NCBI GenBank assembly: GCA_013376995.1
Contig: JACAAZ010000007.1
Location: 135,373 to 199,372, forward strand
DNA length: 64,000 bases
Direction of reading: 5' to 3'
Source of the DNA: Bacteroidota bacterium
GTDB lineage: Bacteria > Bacteroidota > Bacteroidia > Bacteroidales > UBA4417
The notes under the pieces are model-generated. The model was not told where the DNA came from, did not search any database, and saw nothing but the letters and a program-made list of their open reading frames with translations. The position numbers were made by a program, and so were the translations under genes. Below, one piece after another: positions 1 to 6,502 of the stretch (the first letter of the stretch is position 1; each line of letters starts with the position of its first letter).

Positions 1-55
1 AACAGTTATTAGGATTGTTTAACAGTGCTTAACATTAGTATTCTAAAACCTTTTC

Positions 56-63
56 TAAATTTG
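56..63 (+). promoter_or_regulatory. candidate Bacteroidota -7 promoter box (TAAATTTG; TAnnTTTG consensus)
   Basis: Exact TAnnTTTG match 48 nt upstream of the ATG at 112, followed by a 44-nt G-free A/C-rich leader (68..111). Confidence 0.35.
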
Positions 64-111
64 CTCGTTCATTACAAACAACCAAATAACAAACATTAAA
101 AAACAATTAAA

Positions 112-441
112 ATGAAAAGAGTATTGATCATTGCAGCTGCTATCTTTTTTGCAGGAAGTGTAACCGTTTTGGCTCAAACACAAAAAGAAACAGGAAAAGC
201 TCAACCGCAGAAGGCTACCACCGCGGTAAAGCAGGAAACTCAGAAACCTGCTACAAAAACTGAAGCTCAGAAACCAGCAGAAGTAAAGGCTACCCCGGCT
301 CCTGCTAAAGAAGCTGTGAAACCAGCTCCAAAGGCTCACAAGAAACACGCTGCAGTTAAAGCAACTGAAGGTGCTAAGCCTGCCGCTAAGCCAGCTGAAC
401 CAGCAAAGGAAGTAAAACCAGCTGCAGCTCCTAAGAAATAG
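112..441 (+). CDS. small secreted Lys/Ala/Pro-rich low-complexity protein
   Basis: 109-aa ORF with a signal peptide (MKRVLIIAAAIFFAGSVTVLAQ). The mature part is KPA/KEA/AKP-type low complexity. A hairpin plus T-run follows. Confidence 0.7.
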   Translation: MKRVLIIAAAIFFAGSVTVLAQTQKETGKAQPQKATTAVKQETQKPATKTEAQKPAEVKATPAPAKEAVKPAPKAHKKHAAVKATEGAKPAAKPAEPAKEVKPAAAPKK

Positions 442-463
442 TTATTGAAATTTTTTCATGACC

Positions 464-500
464 AAAAAGAGGTATTCCTAAACAGGATGCCTCTTTTTTT
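464..500 (+). terminator. rho-independent terminator candidate
   Basis: AAGAGG (467..472) pairs with CCTCTT (490..495) and is followed by a T7 run, 23 nt after the stop codon at 439..441. Confidence 0.6.
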
Positions 501-530
501 ATTGTAGGAGGCCGATATCGTTGATTGTAC

Positions 531-640
531 TGATTTTTGAATGAATGATATATGCTGCGATAATGATCAGTTTGTTAACACGCAGATTTCTATGATTGAA
601 ATGATTTTTGAATGACTGATAAATGCTGCATAATTGCTCA
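531..640. repeat. two ~39-nt imperfect direct repeats (TGATTTTTGAATGAMTGATAWATGCTGCRATAAT...) with 71-nt period
   Basis: Copy 1 is 531..569 and copy 2 is 602..640. They were aligned by eye with a few mismatches. Confidence 0.7.
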
Positions 641-657
641 TTTTTTTTAGACTCTGA

Positions 658-673
658 TCCGTCGGCTGACGGA
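658..673. repeat. 16-bp inverted repeat TCCGTCGGCTGACGGA (copy 1 of 3 in window)
   Basis: An identical 16-mer occurs at 60343..60358, and the perfect palindrome TCCGTCAGCTGACGGA at 32896..32911. All three are intergenic. Confidence 0.85.
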
Positions 674-699
674 CTGATTTTAATAGCTGTTCAGCAATT

Positions 700-733
700 A
701 AAAAGCCGGGTAATGAGATTGCCCGGCTTTTTT
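700..733 (-). terminator. bidirectional rho-independent terminator candidate downstream of the TonB-dependent receptor gene
   Basis: 7-bp GC-rich stem: AGCCGGG (704..710) pairs with CCCGGCT (722..728). It is flanked by an A5 run (700..704) and a T5 run (729..733). Confidence 0.65.
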
Positions 734-751
734 ACATATTGCTATTATCAT

Positions 752-2902
752 CTAAAACCTTACTCGAAGGCTGACAAAAAATTCTCTTCCAGCAGCTGGT
801 TGATAGCTGTTGTAATCAGGTCCGCTGTTTGGTTCTGTGAATCCAAAATAATGCTCATCAAAGAAGTTTTTGGCGAACAGACTTAAGTCACCATACAAAG
901 TCCCAATTTTCCAGTCATACTTCAAACTGGCATTGAAAAGGCTATACCCATCTACCCATGAACTCCGTGTATTTACTATGGTATCCTGCGTAACTTCAAT
1001 ATAATTGTTGTAGATGGCTGAATCGGTCTGGATACACCACTTGGATTGTAGTTCAGTATTCAGTGTAAGTGTGAAATGCCTGAGGAATTTATAGGATGCC
1101 TCCGCTGTCAGCATATGTTCCGGGCATTGCGGAATTGTCTGATCCTTTACAGTGCCGGGTGAGGTATATTTGAAATTTGAGTAAGTATAAGCAACTGACA
1201 GGTTGAAGGGATCAATTGGATTGGCTGAAATATAGGCTTCTAAACCGGTTCGCTTACTTTCACCAATATTGCCAAAGTAAGCTGTCTGGCTTCCGGAAGC
1301 TAAGCGGTAAAATTCATCCTTCGCATTGATATTGAAAGCAGTGAGATTGTAGTAGAGCATCTTCCCTAATTCTCCTCTTACCCCAAACTCCATTTGTTGA
1401 ACCGTGGACGGTTTAATACCAGTATTGAATCCACCTTCACCGCCATTATCATAATTATTCAATAGCTCATCTCCTGTTGGTACCAGGTAACCAGTACCAA
1501 AGCTGGCGTAAATATTTGCAACTTTTGCCAGGTCATAGGCTAAACCAAGCCTGAAAGTAGGTTTGTCGAAGGACCTGTTATCAGAAGATTTTGAATCAGG
1601 CTTTTTGTTTTCCAGGTTATTGTAAACATTATCGTATCGTAGATTCAAAGTTGCATACAGCTTTTTCGCAATATCGAGTTTGTCAATCAGGTAGATACCG
1701 AAGCTTCTTTGGAGTATGATCTGGTTGATTTTCAGTTCTTCAGTATCTATATAGGATTCGCCAAAATGGGTATCGGTCCTGGAAAGGTCGTGAATACCTC
1801 CGAACATGTGCTCGGTCATAGTCTGTGATTGAATGTCTGTTCCAATGCTGAGATGGTTGAGAAGCATTTCAGTTCCGTCGTTCCTGTTATATTGAGCAGA
1901 GAAACCGGGGCTGATAAACGGTTTGTAATCATCCCCATTATTCGAAGTTTCCCGGTAGTTATTCAAGCGGAAGAAGCTTTTCAACAGGATATTCTGATTC
2001 TGTCCCAGATCAAAATTGAGAATTGAAGCGCCTGTTAAACGCTGGGTTTTATGGAACTCATTGAATGGAACAGCATCGGTGTTTGCTGCTCTCGGACCGA
2101 AATTCAGGTAGCGGTAATAACTGATCCCTTCGGAATTCTGGTTGAAGTAGCTGGAATAATTGAGAAGTTGGGTGAGTTTTATACGGGAGTTAGGCCTCCA
2201 ATTAAGTTTTTCACTGAAGTTATCACCCATAAATGCCTGGTGCTCACGGTATCCGTTTCCCTGCATATGGGAATAGGAAATCCTGTAATTGACATCACCT
2301 TTAGTGCCTCCCACCTGGGCCTGTGTTTTCCAGAAGCCGTAGGAACCTGCTGACAGGTAAACCGAACCTTTGAAAGGCATCTCGCTTCCATCATTGGTTG
2401 TGATATTTATTACGCCTGCCGTTGAACCCGCGCCATACATAGAAGCAGCCAATCCTTTTAGCACTTCAACGCTTTTGACTGATTCCCAGTCAATATCATA
2501 CAGATCCGGGGCGAATCCACCGGGATTGTTAATAGTTATTCCATCAACCATTACACCTATTCCACGGAATCCACTTTCGGTAAGTACTCCTTGTCCGCGC
2601 ATATATACATGCACACGGGACCCACCGGTTCCGTTCTCGATTTTGACACCCGGTACCAAACGGAAAATATCTTCTGCATTAATGGATTTATTCATGGAGT
2701 TCAGCTGGTTGCCGGTAATGAGTGAGATTGTAGCGGGTATCTCTTTGAGTGGTGTTTTTAACCTGGAAGCTGAAATAACCACTTCATTAAGGTTTTTAAT
2801 TGTATCAGCCTTTTCCGACGGCTTATTATTAGTTTTCTGCGATCGGCTTAGAGTAGATAAAAGCAAAAAAAGAAAGAGAAGCGTAAGTTGTTTGTATTTC
2901 AT
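752..2902 (-). CDS. TonB-dependent outer-membrane receptor
   Basis: 716 aa with a signal peptide and a plug-like N-terminal segment (NEVVISASRLKTPLKEIPATISLI...VHVYMRGQG). The long body is beta-strand-rich and the C-terminus is aromatic (...SLRVRF). Confidence 0.85.
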   Translation of the reverse strand: MKYKQLTLLFLFLLLSTLSRSQKTNNKPSEKADTIKNLNEVVISASRLKTPLKEIPATISLITGNQLNSMNKSINAEDIFRLVPGVKIENGTGGSRVHVYMRGQGVLTESGFRGIGVMVDGITINNPGGFAPDLYDIDWESVKSVEVLKGLAASMYGAGSTAGVINITTNDGSEMPFKGSVYLSAGSYGFWKTQAQVGGTKGDVNYRISYSHMQGNGYREHQAFMGDNFSEKLNWRPNSRIKLTQLLNYSSYFNQNSEGISYYRYLNFGPRAANTDAVPFNEFHKTQRLTGASILNFDLGQNQNILLKSFFRLNNYRETSNNGDDYKPFISPGFSAQYNRNDGTEMLLNHLSIGTDIQSQTMTEHMFGGIHDLSRTDTHFGESYIDTEELKINQIILQRSFGIYLIDKLDIAKKLYATLNLRYDNVYNNLENKKPDSKSSDNRSFDKPTFRLGLAYDLAKVANIYASFGTGYLVPTGDELLNNYDNGGEGGFNTGIKPSTVQQMEFGVRGELGKMLYYNLTAFNINAKDEFYRLASGSQTAYFGNIGESKRTGLEAYISANPIDPFNLSVAYTYSNFKYTSPGTVKDQTIPQCPEHMLTAEASYKFLRHFTLTLNTELQSKWCIQTDSAIYNNYIEVTQDTIVNTRSSWVDGYSLFNASLKYDWKIGTLYGDLSLFAKNFFDEHYFGFTEPNSGPDYNSYQPAAGREFFVSLRVRF

Positions 2903-3009
2903 GATTTGTTGAGGTTTTAAAGTTATAGAAAAGTGCTGGATGCACTTAAATAACAGTATGATAGCAACTTGATGAAGTTGTTACCAACCGTGAAAATTAG
3001 ATTATTGAG

Positions 3010-3525
3010 CTAAATTTTTTGAAACTGTTTAGGCGGGGGAGAGATAACCTCAAGAAATTCAGAATGGAATTGTGTTAAATGAAAACTACAAAACGTAACC
3101 TTTAAATTTTGAAAATCGTTTTCCTTCTGAGGTGGAGCAATGCAAGGAAGAATCAATATCTTGGACAGGAAATTATGGTCCTTTTTCCCCAGTTTACTGT
3201 TATTATGACTTGCCGATATAAGCTGGTTCTCCATGGTGTCATTGTAACAATATATGAAATAGGTTCCCTCTTTTATCGTATACCTGGAAACATCGAACAT
3301 CCTGCCTTTAAATTCAATTTCCTGATGCCCGCTCATCCAGCGAAGTTGCCTGGCTTCTTTTTGACCAACTACAAGAACCTGTAGATGCTCATTCAGAAGA
3401 TCTTTTTCCAGTAAGGATCTCACTTTTAAAAAATGGCTGTATTGCGCTATTTTAAGGCCATAGAATATCCCACCTGCACCCGCAAGGTAGATGATTAACA
3501 AGCATATAGGAAGAAGTCGTTTCAC
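3010..3525 (-). CDS. hypothetical membrane-anchored protein
   Basis: 171-aa ORF with an N-terminal hydrophobic helix (LLPICLLIIYLAGAGGIFYGL). I recognise no family motif. Confidence 0.55.
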   Translation of the reverse strand: MKRLLPICLLIIYLAGAGGIFYGLKIAQYSHFLKVRSLLEKDLLNEHLQVLVVGQKEARQLRWMSGHQEIEFKGRMFDVSRYTIKEGTYFIYCYNDTMENQLISASHNNSKLGKKDHNFLSKILILPCIAPPQKENDFQNLKVTFCSFHLTQFHSEFLEVISPPPKQFQKI

Positions 3526-3618
3526 TTGTTAATAGCCAGTTATGCGACAAATGTATTAAATAAAAATATATATCATATGTTGGTGCTTTTTATGCTATTG
3601 GAATTAAGTCTGAATTGT

Positions 3619-3626
3619 TAGTTTTG
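3619..3626 (+). promoter_or_regulatory. candidate -7 box TAGTTTTG
   Basis: TAnnTTTG match 39 nt upstream of the ATG at 3666. Confidence 0.3.
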
Positions 3627-3665
3627 CTATACATAGGTTGCAATGAGTTAACGAAACAAATTGAA

Positions 3666-3974
3666 ATGAACCCGGCAGAGTTAAAGTATCAGTCGACTGG
3701 ATCAGGATTGAAAGGAGCAGTTTTAAGCCAGATGTTTGGCAAACCTTGTTTCAAGGTCAATGGGAAAGCATTCCTTTGTTATTTTGAGGAAAGCATGGTA
3801 TTCAAACTTCCAAAGGAATCATTGGATGAAGCACTTAATTTACCTGGAGCAAAACTATTTGATCCTTCAGGTAAAAACCGGCCTATGAAGGAATGGGTGC
3901 AAATACCATATAAATATGATCATTGCTGGGCGATATATTCTGAGGTAGCATTCAATTATGTCAGTGCCGTATAA
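3666..3974 (+). CDS. small cytoplasmic protein, TfoX-N / MmcQ(YjbR)-like fold suspected
   Basis: The ATG at 3666 is preferred over the TTG at 3615. The MFGKPCFKVNGKAFLCYFEESMVFKLPKE pattern resembles those families; the assignment is weak. Confidence 0.5.
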   Translation: MNPAELKYQSTGSGLKGAVLSQMFGKPCFKVNGKAFLCYFEESMVFKLPKESLDEALNLPGAKLFDPSGKNRPMKEWVQIPYKYDHCWAIYSEVAFNYVSAV

Positions 3975-4212
3975 TTCAATTTGTGAAATGAAAGGAGCAT
4001 GATCAAGAAAGCTGACGATTCAGCTCCGGCTGAATTGGTCACAAGCTTGTAAGTGAATCTCTTCTTTATATATTCAATAAGCTATTTTCTAATTTAGATT
4101 TCTTATAAATTGCATGTTGCTCTATGGCCTGAAGCATATATATATCTAGGATTAAGCGCTTTCTCCGCCTTCCGCATCCTTCTTCAGTTTTTTCGAGACT
4201 CTTGATATTTCT

Positions 4213-4220
4213 TAAATTTG
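4213..4220 (+). promoter_or_regulatory. candidate -7 box TAAATTTG upstream of the cytochrome cluster
   Basis: TAnnTTTG match 53 nt upstream of the ATG at 4274. It is the only such match I saw ahead of the five-gene cluster. Confidence 0.35.
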
Positions 4221-4273
4221 ACATTAAGTTCGGATTAGTTAATAATATTTTCACACTAACTCTTGCTGATAAT

Positions 4274-5140
4274 ATGTCACTTGGCCACAAATTTTACCTT
4301 TTCCTGTTAACAATTATCACTCTAGCTGTTCTGGCCTATCTATCGTTTCATGGTTGGAATTATTATCAAACAAACCTTGAAGACCGGTTTTTTCATCCTG
4401 ATTATGCATCTCTGAAACCAAGCGGGATTTTCGGACATGGCTATGGAATTATTGGTTCATTGTGCATGTTGTTAGGCGTAGTATTATATATAGCCAGGAA
4501 ACGGCTTCGCAGCTGGTCGAGGATTGGCCTGCTCAAGCATTGGCTGGAGTTTCATATTTTTCTTTGCACAGTTGGTCCTATCCTTGTCCTCTATCATACA
4601 ACATTCAAATTCGGAGGATTGGTAGCCGTTAGTTTCTGGAGTATGGTTGCTGTGTTTGCTTCCGGTGTTATAGGCCGGTTCATTTATATCCAGATCCCGC
4701 GGACCATTGAAGGACGCGAGTTAAGCCTCAGTGAGGTTCGTGACATGAAGAGTAATATTGGACAGGTTCTATCTGAATCTTATCACCTGGATGAGGACTC
4801 TTTTAACCTGATCGTTGAATCTACAAGGAAGAAGATAGAAGTAATAGATTCAAACATTATTGCCAGGTATTTCAAAAAATATTCAGCTGACACAAAAGCT
4901 ATAAAGGCAGTGCATTCTGCTTTGTCAAAGAATAACTTATCAAAATCTGAAACCAGGGAATTATTAAGGCTGGTAAAGCACGATATCTCGCTCAACAGGA
5001 GGATTGACAGGCTGGTAACCATGCAGAACCTTTTTAAATACTGGCATGTGGCTCATCTTCCCTTTGCTTTTGTCATGCTGATCATCATGGTCATTCATGT
5101 TGCTGTAACCGTCACTTTTGGAGCTCATTGGATTTTCTGA
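4274..5140 (+). CDS. polytopic membrane protein with two H-x13-H pairs (putative dihaem-b transmembrane electron carrier, ferric-reductase-domain-like)
   Basis: The ATG at 4274 is preferred over the TTG at 4202. About 5 TM helices are predicted. FH-IFLCTVGPILVLY-H lies in one helix and AH-LPFAFVMLIIMVI-H in another. A long soluble insert sits between them. Confidence 0.6.
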   Translation: MSLGHKFYLFLLTIITLAVLAYLSFHGWNYYQTNLEDRFFHPDYASLKPSGIFGHGYGIIGSLCMLLGVVLYIARKRLRSWSRIGLLKHWLEFHIFLCTVGPILVLYHTTFKFGGLVAVSFWSMVAVFASGVIGRFIYIQIPRTIEGRELSLSEVRDMKSNIGQVLSESYHLDEDSFNLIVESTRKKIEVIDSNIIARYFKKYSADTKAIKAVHSALSKNNLSKSETRELLRLVKHDISLNRRIDRLVTMQNLFKYWHVAHLPFAFVMLIIMVIHVAVTVTFGAHWIF

Positions 5141-5142
5141 TT

Positions 5143-6477
5143 ATGGAATTAGTTCTTGAACAAGCCCTCATTTACACTTTAGCTATCCTTTTTTGCCTGG
5201 CTGTGATCATTCTATACTTGTGGCGGCAAAAGAAAAAATCGCGTAAGGTTGAAGAAAAGATATTGAAAGCCAAGGCTGAAGGATTGTATGAACCTGTTTC
5301 ACTGCATCCTGTGGTTGACGTTAACAGTTGTATAAGGACAGGTGCCTGCATTTCTGCCTGTCCTGAGAAAGATATTCTTGGTATAGTTAACGGCAAAGCG
5401 ACAACAATCAATGCTTCTCAGTGCATTGGTCATGGCGCCTGTTTTCATGCTTGTCCAACGCAGGCAATTACACTGTGTATTGGTACTGAGCAAAGGGGAG
5501 TCGATCTTCCCCATATCAACGAGCTTTTTGAAACCAATATTAACGGAGTATATATCGCCGGTGAATTGGGCGGTATGGGACTTATTAAGAATGCCGTTCA
5601 ACAGGGAGGGCAGGCTGTTGAAAATATAGTTAAGTACAGTAACAAACATCATGAAGCAGAATATGACCTGGTGGTAGTTGGAGCAGGTCCTGCAGGGATT
5701 TCTGCTTCACTGACTGCAAAAAAGCATAATCTGAGATGTATTACCCTTGAACAGGATACCTTGGGTGGAGCAGTGTTTACTTTTCCACGAGCAAAAATAG
5801 TAATGACATCTGCCATGGAATTGCCTTTGTATGGAAAGGTGAAGCTTTCAGAAACAAGCAAAACCGAGTTGCTGGATTTATGGAAGGAAGTTATCGCCAA
5901 AAATAATATCCTGATTCGAGAAAATTCCAAAGTAGAATCAATTGAGAAGCTAAATGGATATTTTGAGTTGAAAACGTTAACCGGTGAGCGATACACTACA
6001 CATAACGTGCTTCTTTCAATTGGGAGAAGGGGTACGCCCAGAAAACTTGGAGTTCCAGGTGAACAGATGGAAAAGGTTGCATATCGCTTGCTTGATCCTG
6101 AGATTATTTCCGGAAAAGAGATTCTGGTTGTCGGCGGTGGAGATTCTGCCATCGAATCCGCCCTTCTCCTTGCTGATCAAAACAAGGTTATCCTGTCATA
6201 TAGGGGTGATGTTTTCAGCAGGATCAAACAAAAGAATAATGAGAAGATTCATGAGGCAGCAGTTTCGGGACTGGTAGATCTTCAGTTTAACACTGAACTC
6301 AGCAGGATTGATAAGGATTTCATTACACTATCAAATTCAAAAACCGGTAAGGAGTTGATCTACAAAAATGACCTTGTGTACATCTTTGCCGGTGGAGAAT
6401 TACCAACACAGTTCCTTGAAAAGGTCGGAATACAGATTACAAAGAAATTTGGGGAAGCCATTCTTAAACATAAATAG
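5143..6477 (+). CDS. membrane-anchored ferredoxin-domain / FAD- and NAD(P)H-binding oxidoreductase (thioredoxin-reductase-like fold)
   Basis: The ATG at 5143 lies 2 nt after the upstream stop. It has an N-terminal TM helix and Cys motifs CIRTGACISACP and CIGHGACFHACP. The dinucleotide folds are VVVGAGPAG and VVGGGDSAIE. Confidence 0.8.
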   Translation: MELVLEQALIYTLAILFCLAVIILYLWRQKKKSRKVEEKILKAKAEGLYEPVSLHPVVDVNSCIRTGACISACPEKDILGIVNGKATTINASQCIGHGACFHACPTQAITLCIGTEQRGVDLPHINELFETNINGVYIAGELGGMGLIKNAVQQGGQAVENIVKYSNKHHEAEYDLVVVGAGPAGISASLTAKKHNLRCITLEQDTLGGAVFTFPRAKIVMTSAMELPLYGKVKLSETSKTELLDLWKEVIAKNNILIRENSKVESIEKLNGYFELKTLTGERYTTHNVLLSIGRRGTPRKLGVPGEQMEKVAYRLLDPEIISGKEILVVGGGDSAIESALLLADQNKVILSYRGDVFSRIKQKNNEKIHEAAVSGLVDLQFNTELSRIDKDFITLSNSKTGKELIYKNDLVYIFAGGELPTQFLEKVGIQITKKFGEAILKHK

Positions 6478-6502
6478 TAACTCAGGAAAATTCCCTGGCG
6501 AA

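Noticed and set aside
55-348. 97-aa minus-strand ORF antisense to the K/A/P-rich protein gene
   Set aside because: It is a mirror-image low-complexity ORF. The + strand ORF has a signal peptide, promoter box and terminator.
2926-2947. Hairpin AAGTGC/GCACTT plus T-run (minus sense) 24 nt upstream of the TonB-dependent receptor start; considered as a riboswitch or attenuator
   Set aside because: The ~107-nt leader is too short for the riboswitch classes I know that precede TonB receptors (for example cobalamin). The stem is only 6 bp. It may simply terminate the upstream hypothetical gene. It is not supported enough to call.
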